The notes beneath the pieces are model-generated. The model ran no database searches. It was not told where the DNA came from and saw nothing but the letters and a program-made list of their open reading frames with translations. 64,000 nt of DNA, from NCBI RefSeq assembly GCF_009834535.1, contig NC_045697.1, positions 40,612,001-40,676,000 of the forward strand, given 5' to 3'. The stretch comes from Camelus ferus (Eukaryota). Position 1 is the stretch's first letter. Every line of letters starts with the position of its first letter. Shown here in pieces: positions 40,121 to 53,288 of the stretch. A program made the position numbers and the translations under genes.

Positions 40121-40534
40121 TTTAAAAGTCATGGGTATTAATCCCAGCCCCAAAACTTGTCAGCATCACCTTGGCAAGTTGTTTAACCTCCCTGAAACTG
40201 TCTTCCTTTGTAAATTGTTAAGTTTTATTTTCCTTCTCATTTATTCAATATTTATACATAAGATCCCTCTCAAAAGAGAACTAAAAAGTCAAAGATATAT
40301 GATAAGCTACACCTTCAACCTAAAACTCTTATTGGTAAATGATCATGTGGTTCCTGTCAAATTCTGAAGTATTTGAGTTAATTCAAATTTGACTACAGCA
40401 GTGGCTTTCAAAATTTTTTGCCTGAGACTCTTGGTCACATTTGCACAGCTTACCGTGTACCACGCCGTATTCTGAGCATTTAATAAATATTATTTAATCT
40501 TCACAATAATCACAGTAAGATAGCTGCTATTATC

Positions 40535-40573
40535 TGTTTTGTTTTGTTTGTTTGTTTGTTTGTTTGTTTGTTT
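40535..40573. repeat. (GTTTT)/(GTTT)n simple repeat
   Basis: Direct reading; lies inside a MIR-like element. Confidence 0.9.
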
Positions 40574-43435
40574 ACAAATGAGAACATTGAAACCAAATAA
40601 TTGTATCACGTTCCCAAGGTCATAGATAATAAGTAAGTAGTTGAGCCAGGATTCAACTTCGGACAATCTGGCTCCAGAGTCTAGTGTCTTAACACTTTGC
40701 TCCGTTGCCTCTCAAGTATCCAGAACAGGTACACCCACCACACACACACACATACATACCCCTCCACCCCATCCACCTACCTACAGAGAACTGAAGTAAA
40801 AGTTTCACCAGAATACGTACCCAGAGGAATACCCTGTGGTATTTTCTATAAATATTCTTTATATAATATTTTGAATGAGTTTAGCAGTCTTAAGCAAAAC
40901 AGAACTCACTATTTGAAAATGAAGATTCTTCTAACGTGGACAGACAATTCTTTCTTTTCCTAGTTGGATTTCGGAGCAGGATTGAAATGCCCTGCCCCAG
41001 TAGCTGCTTAGAGAGCCCCACCCACCCTTAGGACATAACTCAAATCCAGCCTTCTAGTAAGACATGCCTAACACTGAAATCAATCTTTCTCTCCCCTATA
41101 CCCCCACGGCAAGTTTTTGTTTCAGTTTCTATTAAAATATTTGCTTTATTGTTTTCCCGAGGGTAACTTACTGGTCTGCCCTCTCTTAGATTGCAGGTTC
41201 CTAAGAGATGTCTTTTCCTCTACTTCATATCCCTCATCGGGCCTTGCACATAGAATGCGTAGTAACATTTTTTGAACTGAATTAAATAAAATTGATAGTA
41301 ATCCCTTAATAGCATTATATTAGGAAAAATAAAGACACTAAAAGAGTATCTTGAGGGAATAAAAAGAAGGAAGAATTCCTTTCAAGCTTTCCACAGTAAA
41401 ATAAAATAATTTCTTTGATTCCTTTGGGGGATAGCCCATTTCCTCTTTTATAGCTAAGTTTTAATTTTTATGTTTAAATTAGAAAGTAATGTGAAAATTA
41501 AGTTAAAGTTTAAAAACTATATAAAATTCTTTGTTTTTCAATAAAAGAATTACCAATTTAATTACGTAAGATTTCTAAATGAATAATTTAATAAATAAAC
41601 CAATTTAATTACCTAAGATTTCTAAATGAACCTTCACCCACTTTCAAGTAGGGTAGTTTGTACATTTTGATGTTGCAGTACAGTTTGTAATAAGGAACTT
41701 TGCTTTATTTACCATAGCTTGCAAAATAAGGAAATGTGGTATAAAGCATATTATTAGAGAAAATTAACTATGGAAAGATTAATTGAGTCTTTGTTCAATT
41801 CTAAATAGAAAAAATGAGGACATTTGAATTCAGTTTCCTTAAATAATTAAAAAATGTTCCAAGAAAAACTAGGGATATTAGCACAGAATAACTTTCTCAG
41901 CACAACTTTATGCAGTGTTTGCCACCTTCAGATTTTCCTTGTAGGTGAGTGCCTAAAGCCATTCAATTATTTTTTCCCAGAGTTTACATAGCATTTACAA
42001 TGCACCATTGTTCTAAACACTTTATAAATGCTAACTCTTTTATCCACTTGACAATCCTATAACATAGCTTCTAATACTTTATAGATTAAAAAAACTGAGG
42101 CAGATTAAAAGACTTGTCCAAATTCATACAACTAGAGAGTGACAGAGCTGGAATTCCAACCTAACTTCAGAGTTTTTGCTCTAACACTATGCTGCCTCAG
42201 ACTTCATAAAGGCCAATGATAAGTAGATTTGAGATGACAGCAATTCTTCTGGTCCAGTCTGTCCCCATCAGTCAAGTAAGCAGCATGATGCTGAGGAAGG
42301 CTAATAGTCACAAGAATGTAAATGCTATTTATTGAGTTTCAGCTTTCAGAATCAACCAATAGACCAAGCACAGAAAATGTTACAGTTACAAAACGGAAAA
42401 TAAATGTTATCAATCCTGACAATGTGAAAGTAACTGTACAGATAATAGAAGCTGAGAAGTAGAAATGGACAGCTGAGAAAAAGAACAGGGCATAACTTTG
42501 TCTTACAAAATGGGAAGCCAAAAGTTTCAGCATATTTTGGCATTCCAATTGCTGGAATAAGACATTAAAAAAAAAGTGTAAGTTTTAAATATAACCAAAT
42601 AAAAATAGTAAAGCTAATGACATATTTATATTGGGAATATATGTGGGAAGAAGGGAGTTAGGCAAGGAATAAGAGAGCTGCATCCTCAGCTGTTATAGGA
42701 GAAATCGATTAATAATGTCTACTATTGATAAAAATCAAGAAATGGTAGTATGAGCCTTTATTAGAGGCATGGAAGTCAGCTTTGCAAGAGACAGCTAAAT
42801 GGATTAACAGTAGTTGATCTGAGGAGTTAAACAGGGTAGGACTAAGAACTGTGCCTTTTTGTTATCTGCCCTGTTGAGCCATTTTAATCCAGATGTAGTC
42901 ATTACTTTGAGTTCATAGATTCAGTATTCTGAAGAGAAAAAAAATTTGTAGTTGGATAAACTAATATCTAACTTTCTCCAGCTCTAAAACTCAGAATTCA
43001 GAGTCAAGTGTGAAGGCTTCTATCCCAGAATGATACGAAAACTATTGGAAGTATCTCTTTAGCACAGTCTGGCCATCATTTCTGGATATGCTGCCTCAGT
43101 ATTCCTCCGAATAACAGGAAATTTTCTTCACTGACCTGTGTAATTACTAAGATTGATAGCCTTTTGTTCTGAATCCACTAGGATTCTACAGAGCCAGCCT
43201 TGCAAACATAGACCTCTCACTCATGACTGGTTAAGATATAATTTATAACAGCTACCATTCATTGTGTATATTTGTATGTAAGATGTCATGCTCTGTGCTT
43301 TTTAAATATTTCATTCACTCAACCAAGTTACAATTATATCCATTTTATAAATGAGGTAATTAAGATCTCAGGAAAGGGTAAGTAATTAACCAGGTATCAT
43401 AGCTAATAAAAAAACTTGGAATTTGAACTCACTGG

Positions 43436-43581
43436 GGTTTTTTTAAAATAAAAAAAATTTTTCTTTTGGAGGTGAGGTAATTAGGTATTTATTTTTGATG
43501 GAGGTACTGGGGATTGAACTCAGGACCTTATGCATGCTAGACACACACTCTACTGCTGAGCTACATCCTCCCTCCCCACCA
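43436..43581 (-). mobile_element. vic-1-like SINE
   Basis: A/B boxes on the minus strand; TSD aactcactgg (43426-43435 / 43582-43591). Confidence 0.88.
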
Positions 43582-43616
43582 AACTCACTGGTTTAATAGC
43601 TGCACTCTATTGCCTA

Positions 43617-44138
43617 TGTTGGGGCTAAGGGCAGACTATTCCAAAATATGCCACAAAGGCATATTGATCATTTTGAATTAAAGTTACTTGAGAAACAGCT
43701 GGTGTAAGAAGATGCTCCTCTCTGTCCCCTTGAAAGCAGGAAATAAATCTTCCATATGAAAGTTACCCTCCCTGCATCAGGAGAATAGGAAACAGCATCA
43801 TCACCAAAGTGAGAGAACTTAGGGCTGAGAAAGCCATATAAGCAAACCTTGTTCCTTCTTCATTACCCCAAGCCCAAACTCTGTTTAGATTCTCCACTAA
43901 GTAAACTCCCAAACCTGTTTCCTTGTCATAATTCCTCATAAATTTATTTCTTTGTCTAAAAAGTATAAACGATGCCTGTTTGGTCACTTCTTGGATTCTA
44001 TTTTTATGAGACCTCTGTGTGCACGAATTAAATTTAGGGTTTTTTTCCTCCTGTTAATCCATCTTGTGTCAATTTAATTACTAGACAAATCAAAAGAACT
44101 CAAGAAGTATGGGGGGGGGGGCGTCCTCTTCCCAGATA
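43617..44138 (+). mobile_element. ERV1-class solo LTR
   Basis: TGTTGGGG start; TSD CCTA/CTTA; same family as 25412-25934. Confidence 0.78.
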
Positions 44139-44563
44139 CTTACCAACTAGGCATTTAAGTTACCTAACAGGTATGAGAGGGAGCTGTTTTGAATGCCTTT
44201 GGAGTTGAGTGTTGAGCGGTAGGAAGTGTTATGAATAGTAAAAGTTTTGATCCTTTTGAATTTTCAAAGAGACTTATAAGTGGTTTATCCTTTCTTCTTT
44301 GCCCTAAGAAAGAAGGCAATCTAGCATTGTGATAATGGCCTAGGTTTAAGTTCAACTCTACTACTAATCCTATGATCTCAGGTGATTTGCTTATTTCTCT
44401 TAATCCTTTATTTCCTCATTCATGTGATAGACACTCCAATGAACCTACCGCTTAAGGTTATTGAGAGGACTTAGTGTAACATCTGGCCATATAAGTACTC
44501 AAAACACCATTGAAAAGAACCCCTTATCCTTATCTTTTTTATGCCATTTCAACAGCTGGGAAG

Positions 44564-44927
44564 TGTTAAAAGGTAAATTGAGATAGATTAAAAATTTTAA
44601 GATTTTTTTTTTTAGCAAAAATTGATCTGAATGTAGCAGCATCCAATCTAGCAGATAGAAAGGAGCTCTGAGTAGCTACACAAAATGAGAGACTTTTCTA
44701 GGCAGAAAGGAGTGGAACAAGACAAAAAAAAAAAAAAGGAGGGGTTGATTATTGCAAAGTTATTTTCCTTTAGGGGTGGCAGGCAGGTTACCTAACTAGT
44801 GCTGCTCAGATGATTCCTGATTGACTGATTTAAGATTCCATTTCTGGGAGAGCCGGAAGTCTTGGTCTCATGACCTGAGGTTTAGCATAAGTGACTCCAT
44901 TTTGGGCCTGTTGTCTCATTTTTAACA
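44564..44927 (-). mobile_element. ERV1-class solo LTR
   Basis: TGTTAAAA...TTTTAACA termini; TSD GAAG/GAGG. Confidence 0.8.
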
Positions 44928-47900
44928 GAGGGCAGCATGAAATTAAGATGCCCTATATATAAAACATTTTAAACTCTCCCACTGAAAGGTGTTTTTGAAA
45001 ACCACAAATATATAAAATCACATACTTTACCACTGTATCAGGTAAGTAGCTAATCATCACTCATAAACCATTCAAGTTATAATTATATTAGTGCTAATTA
45101 TAACTTACATAGAATTGAATAATTGATAAACTAATGTTTTTTATGTTGATTTGTTTGAATGTCACAAGAATCCTGTAGGATAGTATTAGTAACATGCCAA
45201 TTCAAATTGGGAAACATACTCAGGAAGGTGAAGCTATGGACACTACGAGATCCAGGTGTAAATGCTTTCAAACACTGGATTCTTTCCCTATACCAATGGA
45301 ACCTTGGTCAACATAGTGAGTCAAAACTATTCAGTTTTTTTAGTAGAATTTTTAAAATAAAAAACAGCAGAGTCAAAACCTCAATATATGTGAAAGTCAA
45401 CATAGATGAAAGCAAACATACACACATACACTATGTCACCATGTAAAATGTGATTTCTTCCAGTAGATATTGGGCAAAATGTTTGGCAACACTGACCCTG
45501 TGTCTAGCTCCACCTATGCTTTTACTTGCTGTGTCAACTTTAAAAAGTCAATCTGTTTTATTTGTTAATAAAATAGGAAGACAAATAGGGTTTTTTTCCC
45601 TACTTCCTAGCAAGCTTTTTGAAAATCAAATGAGATTATGTATGTGGAAAAAACTCTGGAAACTGTAAACTTTCTATACAGATGTTTGGACTGTTATAAA
45701 CTTGGGTTTGGGAGCTATAAGAAAAAAATTGCAGATGATGTTCAGAATTTTCAGGAACTCCATGGTGGAGTTCTACATTGCAGAACTATCACTGTCACTT
45801 CATCCCCTATAACAGTGTAGGGCTGTTTAAGTAAGAGGGAAAAGTGAGCATGAATTATTTGTGAACTTCAATTTTTTTGTCATCTTCCTGCCTCTTAAAT
45901 ATAAAAGGTGAACATTAGTGACCCATGTCAACTGAAGTAAAATTACACAATGTGAGAGTTGTGGACTAAGTTTTATTTGGGGCAAAATGAGGACTATAGC
46001 CTGGGAGACAGTGTTCCAGAAAGTTCTGAGAAGCTGTTCCAAAGAGGCAGGGGGAAAACTCAGTATTATATATGATTTCAGTGAAGGGGGTACATGCAAT
46101 CAAGCACATAGGCAGAGGCTTGCTGCTAGTTATGAGGAGCAGATGTCACCGTTAATGATTTTAGTGCTTTTCTAGATATGAGGAGATGCAAGAATTGGGG
46201 TCATAAAATCTTCTAAAAAGATCTAACTGTCTGAAAGCATGTTCAGCCAGTTTTCCCAAAGCACAGTGTGTCTCATTCCTGACCTCCATCGTGAACTCCT
46301 TTCACGGTGTGTTGGAGGTCAGTGGCTGCAGCAGCTCATGATTTAATCTAAGCAGAGTTAGATGGCAAGAGCCAATGTGATCCAGTCCTTGTAGAGGCAG
46401 ATGGCAAGTGCCAACTTTGAGTTAGCAGGGCTCCCTCATGGTCATAAATTCAACCATAGTTTGGGAGGCATTTCATTACCATTTTGTCCCATGGTGCTAG
46501 GAATTCTTATTCCTACAGCAGGCGAGGATCTCATTGACAGGCCACTTAAGTGCTATTATGGGACTAGGCCTTATTAACAGTGACAAAAAGTCTCTGGACC
46601 ACCTGTCTTACTAATCTGTTATGGTCCAGGAAAATATTCCCTCTTGTTGCTTCTTCCCATATCTAAAGTTGCACTATAACAATCATTAGGTTTGTACAGA
46701 AGTATGTATTTGGTCTACTGTTTCAAGTTGCCTATTCATTATTTTATCAGAGACTCAGTCACACATTTGGTAATGCAAGAAACAATTGTATAAAACAGGC
46801 AAAGTATAAATAATATAGTTAGGAGGATTAGCAAGGTCATAAGTAAGAATTTAAGCCAAGAACTTCCATTAGATGCAGCTCAGTGTATCCCCAGATTATC
46901 TGACTTAGTCTGTTCTGTTCCAATCCTTATATTTAAGGAAGATGTTATACAGACGTTGTTCATAAGACACCCAGCCAAATTTCCTACTGTTATTAGGTTG
47001 GTTATCCTTAGTAGAGTTTAATTTTTCCCAACAGAAACTTAAATTTAAACTTAAATGAGCATAGTCTGGTATTTACCATACAAGTCCTTCCCATAATTGA
47101 GGGAGGTTATACTTTTTGGCTGAAATTTTGCTTGTTGCCTTGAATGAGCTTGCATGATCTTATAAGAAAATTTGTATTTATGACCAGGCTCAGAGCAGAT
47201 ATTATTACTTGGCCAGGTGAGGGGATCCTACCTAATAATATCACTAGCAGCCTAAACAGAACTATAATTTCTTTCTTCTAGAATAAATTTTCTAAGAGCT
47301 ATCCTGTTAGAGCCTTGGAGTGGAGAAACCCACTAAGGTAACCCAGAAGTACTGGATATAAGTAATTGACCATAAATCTAACCATTTGATTAACTTCAAC
47401 TCTGCATAAGATTGTGAAATACACTTAGTTCATAAGCGAAGGTGTGAGCAATTATCAAAGGATACAGGTATACTGGTATACAGGCCTGGTCTGGTGTCTT
47501 GGGTCAGATGTCATCTTCTTCTCATCCTGGTCTGGTAGCTTCTCCTTTGTTTGAGCATTGTTTTAAGGTGATTTTTAAGGTCAGCAGTCCTCTCTATAGG
47601 CCAGTCCAGTGCAGAAGCCCTTTGTAAGTGGGAATGTTAATCCAAGAGTCAATTTCCTTCAGGCTGTTGTGCACGAGCTAGTTAAGAATACCTGACAAAG
47701 GTCCTTCCATCTAGGTTGGAGATAGTCCATAAATTGTGTTTTTTCCAGTATGCATAATCTCCTTGTTGCAGGTCATGGGGCATTGGCTCTTCATTCAAAG
47801 ACAGATTTCTGAGATAAGCTACAGAAACAAACTTAGAGTATCCTTTTAATAATTCAATTGAATTTACAATAATATAATAAAATAACAAGGAACTATATGG

Positions 47901-49677
47901 GAAGTGATTCTTAGGCTATAAATACAAACTTCCATTAACAAAACTAGAATTTAATATTCACTGAAACAATCTTTTTCTCTTTAAAGTTACCCTCATTTTT
48001 ATCAAATATAGCCAATTCAAGATTAATCTGTCCACAAATCAAGTCTGATTATTTGATCATATAGGCTCTTTTTAATTGACTGTGCCAAACTTTTCATAAG
48101 GAGTCTCAGGCCAAAATTTTAAGATTTCTCCTAAGGCCAGGAAAGCCAGGTCAAGGGCTTGACACAGATTTTGCCTTACAGAGTTAGGTGAATTCTTTTC
48201 TTTTTGAGGTCCCTGAAATACCTTGAGATTCCTATACCTGTTAGGAGGTGGTCTTCCTAATTTACCTGGTAAGGCCACTGGGAACCTGAGTTTCCAGTCT
48301 GTGGAGGGATCAGATAGAAAAGTCTGCTTACATAGGTATAACTTACCAAATTGCTGAGTCATAATTAGCTTAAGCAGAAGGGTTTCTTTATATCTGGAAA
48401 ACAGATTAAATGCCAGTAATATTTCTGACAGGAACCATAAAAATTATAACTAATATTCACTGGTTCAATCAGCCCTATGTAACTAATCATTTTTGTTAAC
48501 AGTTTTATGAAACCATCAGGTTTCCCATTAGAATTCTTTAATTTCTTAGCCAGTTCAACATTATGGTCTGAAAGTTATCAGAAACCTGTATTTATCAAAG
48601 GAGTCTTTTCTATAAACCTTCTTGAAGAGAAAGCATTTTTCAAAGGCATCAGAGTAAACCATATCTATAGAAAAGTAAAAAACATAAGGTACAGTTTTGA
48701 AACCTTATTATATGCAGCCAACAAAAAACTTAGGTACTGCTGTGACATACAACATTTTAGGATAATAGCTAGAATCATGATTCATAGCGTTTTACTAGGA
48801 TATGCCAATTTTTTTTTAAAAATCCACTTAATTTCCAGAATATCTGTATTAATAATGATTTTCCTAATATAACTTAAGAAGATTACTTATTTGACAATAC
48901 TTCCCATGCAATTTAGCATACCAAATGAGCCTAACTAGTTTAATCTCTCTTTTTGGGATGTTTCAGGGTCCCTTAGAAGCATCCCAAAGTTATCCAGAAG
49001 TCAAAGAAACTTCATCAAAATTTAATTTGGAAAGTTTGTCAAAAAAATACCAAAAAGGTTTTAAAACAGTTGGTCAGATAGGATAATAGGTCACTGTGAA
49101 ACAATACTTATTCCCTTAGCCAAAGTGATAATAAAACATTTCAAAGGCAAATATGGAAAGTTATAACAGATTTATGGTTAAATGTAAAAGAAACTTTATG
49201 CTCTGTTATCAAAAACAGATCAACATTTTAAGAAAGTATTTTCTCTCTTATCAAAGGAAAGAACTAAATTTAAGCTTTGCATTAGCTTACTTTTAACAAC
49301 CAAATCCATTTACTTATTTAAATTAAATCCAAATTTAACCAATCCTGATCATGCACAAAGCTTTTTTCTTAGGGTTCTGTTTCCCACAAACCTTTCATTA
49401 CTTTCTGTATCTATATTAGTTTGCCCCTTATATATTTTTTCCACCCAGAAACAACCAGCTATAGGATAAACCTGCTTTCATTTTCCCTTAACAAAATGCA
49501 ATTCCATTCCTCATACCTTCTATGCTGAATCACATACCCTACTTTCCTACTGTATACTGAAATATTTCCCTTATTTTTCCTAGTAGCTTTAATTAAAATT
49601 TTAAAATAGAATCCTCAACTCTTAAAAATCTCAACTTCTAATGAAAACTAAGAAGTAAGCAATTATAAATTGTCTTT

Positions 49678-50633
49678 TTTTAACAATTTTTTATTGAGTT
49701 ATAGTCATTTTACAATGTTGTGTCAAATTCCAGGGTAGAGCACTATTTTTCAGTTATACATGAACATACATATATTCATTGTCACATTTTTTTCTCTGTG
49801 AGTTACCACAGGATCTTGTATATATTTCCCTATGCTGTACAGTATAATCTTGTTTATCTATTCTGCATATGCCTGTTAGTATCTACAAATTTTGAAATCC
49901 TAGTCTGTCCCTTCCCACCCCCTGCCCCCTTGGCAACCACAAGTTTGTATTCTATGTCTATGAGTCTGTTTCTCTTTTGTATTTATGTTTTTGTTTTTAG
50001 ATTCCACATATGGGCAATCTCATATGGTATTTTTCCTTCTCTTTCTGGCTTACTTCACTTAGAATGACATCCTCCAGGGACATCCATGTTGCTGCAAATG
50101 GCGTTATGTTGTTGGTTTTTATGGCTGAATAGTATTTCATTGTATAAATATACCACCACTTCTTTATCCAGTCATCTGTTGATGGACATTTAGGCTGTTT
50201 CCATGTCTTGGCTGTTGTAAATAGTGCTGCTATGAACATTGGGATGCAGGTGTCTTTTTAAAGTAGGGTTCCTTCTGGATATATGCCCAGGAGCGGGATG
50301 GCTGGGTCATATGGTAAGTCTATCCCTAGTCTTTTGAGGAATCTGCATACTGTTTTCCACAGTGGCTACACCAAACTGCATTCCCACCAGCAGTGTAGGA
50401 GGGTTCCCTTTTCTCCACAGCCTCTCCAGCATTTGTCATTTGTGGACTTTTGAATGATGGCCATTCTGACTGGTGTGAGGTTATCATTGTAGTTTTGATT
50501 TGCATTTCTATGATAGTGATATTGAGCATTTTTTCATGTGCCGATTGATCATTTGTATTTCTTCCTTGGAGAATTGCTTGTTTAGGTCTTCTGCTCATTT
50601 TTGGATTGGGTTGTTTGTCTTTTTCTTATTATG
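49678..50633 (-). mobile_element. 5'-truncated young LINE-1 inside the provirus
   Basis: ORF2 C-terminus ([32 protein letters not shown]); TSD tataaattgtcttt / tatgaatggtcttt. Confidence 0.9.
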
Positions 50634-52849
50634 TATGAATGGTCTTTCACATTAGTATTCTGTAGATTGGCAAATAAATATCAATTATAATTCTAAAAAG
50701 CCATATGCTTTCTTATAGAAAATATCTCACTTTGGCTCTAAAAATATGTGTTAATAGTTCTAGATACTTTTAGTTTCTCTGCAAAAGGAAGTCAATATTC
50801 AGTAATTAATTTTTCAGTATCTTACTGTATTTGGGAATGACCTAGCTATTCAATAAACTTCCATTATTTAAGTTAATCTAGCACAACTCTAAAATTTTAA
50901 GTTACCAAATATCTGGAGAACTTATCTTTAAGTAGACATTTCTAAAATATATTACTCCTAAAGTATTCATGTTACCCTGGAGCAGCCCTATTCTTGTTTA
51001 ACTCGTAATTCTGGTCTAAAATCCAGTTTTCCTTCTAGGCTTCTCCTTCTTGACTTAAAATGTATTTTCTGATGCTCTGGTTTTCTGCAGTAAAAGTAAA
51101 CTGGTTTTCTATATTCGGTTGTGGATTGAATGAGAATCAGTTAACCTTCAACTGGCATTGAGTACTTAATTGGCACAATTGAAGGTTCATGATTTTTTGT
51201 AGGTATCCCCTTTCTTTTGTTTGTAAAGGTCTTAAAAGTGTAACAAGGTCATTTGTAGGTAAAGAGGACCAACCTAGCTTGTCTTTTGACTGGAGTAGTC
51301 AATTCCTCATCTAAGCCTTCTAAAAAGGCAGTTAATTAAAGGATCATTTTGGTCATTAGAGAACGATTCAGGTGTCAAGCCTTCTTTAAAAGTTTTGCAG
51401 TTTTTTTAACCTTTCATAATACTCTGGAATTGCTTCATCAGGTCTTTGCTTGCACTGCTGAATCTTTGCCCAGAGTTTTTGGGACAAGCTCTGGGATAAA
51501 TTCGAGTAATTTTTGAGCTAATTCTTTGCATTCAGTGTGAGCCTGTGGACTATGTAATTCAAAGTCCAGTAGAGGTCATTTCCAACCTGCTTTCTCTGTC
51601 TATTTCCTTGGTTTGCTTTCAGAAGCTAATTGATATAGATCTTAAAACATGGGCTTGTAAGTCCAGATGGTTAACTAAAACTCTGTAGCAAATCCCAATG
51701 GATCCTTACTTGGAGTGGGAAATTCCTTAGCCAAAGCTCTAAGTTCTGCTCATGTCCAGGGTGTGTACACAAGCACCAAAGACAGTTCGCCTCTCCCTGT
51801 AATAGGTTCCTCCTTAAAGAGAACTATAATCACCTCTGAGTTTTTAATTCTCTTTTACTGGGGAAGAGAGAACAGCAGGAGGTGGAAGAGACAGAAGAGA
51901 AAAAGAGAGAGCATCTGGACCAAAAAATTCAGATAGAAGAGGATACATGGGAGGAGCAGAGGGAGAGACAGTGTCAGTGCTAGCAGCCCTTTTCAGTTCT
52001 GATACAGTTTTAAACAATTTCTTGTTGGTTTCCTGAAAGAGGTTATTTTATTATTTCCTCTTTTAGAAGCTTCTAAATACCAATCAAGTAAGCATTCCAT
52101 TCAGTCTTATGGTTGGCTTGGCTTTTTATAACTGTACATGCAAAAATATCAATTATGGAATATCAAAAAGAACCCCAATTTGGCCATTTTAGATTGAGAT
52201 CTCCTTTAGTATAATTTCCCCAATTAAGTAGGTACTTGCAAGTATGAGCTCCATACATGAATTTGGCTAGTGTGTTAGTCTGAGGTTGGTTTTCTGATGC
52301 CCCTCATTTCTCTGTTTGAAAGACTCTATTTCTCATTTTAAAGTTGAATTTGTCGGGATAAAATTTCACTTTTGTCCCGACAAATTCTACTGAGGTAGTC
52401 AAATTGAGGAAAAGCATCAGCTCAGCCTCTTACCTAACCACCCAGTCCAGACCCTGGTATCTCTCATCCAGGCTCCATCCAGCACCTTTTTACTGGGTGG
52501 GTATTCCTCCCAGTATCTCTCAACTGGAGGGCCAGGTAACTGGATACACTGCCAAATAAAACTCAGCATCATTAACCAATATGGGAGATCCAAGAACCAC
52601 AAAAGACTCACCCAAATTTGTCTGGACTCTCTGAGGAAGCAGATGGGCACAAAGGTACCAAGGCTCCAGTTTCTCACAGAGTTCAGGCAAAGGAGAAAAG
52701 TCTGCTCTGGATCCCTTTGTGGATTTGCCAAAACTGTTGACTGAAATAAAATCACACAACATAAGAGTTGTGGGTTAAGTTTTATTTGGTGCAAAATGAG
52801 AACTATAGCCTGGGAGACAGCATCCCAGAAAGCTCTGAGGGATATTATA

Positions 52850-53288
52850 TGTTGTGTGCACAATGTGGTGGCCTGTTGGTGACATGGTAACATGCAGGTT
52901 GGTAAAAGAATTTACCAGAAGTTGAGTATAAGAATAGAAAGGAGTTTATTAGGGTACACTGTCATAGACAACAGTGAGCCACACAGGCGAAGGGTGCCTG
53001 CATGAGCACCAAGGGCTGGTTGTTGGGGTGTTTTATAAGGCCGGGTCACAAGGTGCCTGATCAGCTTGTGCACAAGTCTCTGATTGCTTGCAGGTGAGAT
53101 AAGAGGTTTAGGGTCCGTGAAGGATGGTGGGGTTTGACTCTGATAAAGTAGGCTTGAAACAAGCCAGCCTGAGCATTACCTAGGGCTGTTAGTTTGTTAC
53201 AGGAAACATGCCCAGTAAAGAATGTACTTCATCTGAGAGCCCAGAAATGAGGGTTGTTGGACTTTGAAGGATGTCAGTTGGCCCAACA
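52850..53288 (-). mobile_element. Solo LTR nested in the proviral 5'LTR
   Basis: TGTTG...CAACA termini; perfect 5-bp TSD TTATA; absent from the 3'LTR. Confidence 0.88.

Noticed and set aside
46430..47500. Domesticated env (syncytin-like) gene
   Set aside because: Only a short TM-anchor remnant; no long ORF
52417..52893. Longest ORF in the window (158 aa)
   Set aside because: Crosses the nested LTR, 5'LTR, PBS and leader; chance ORF with no motif
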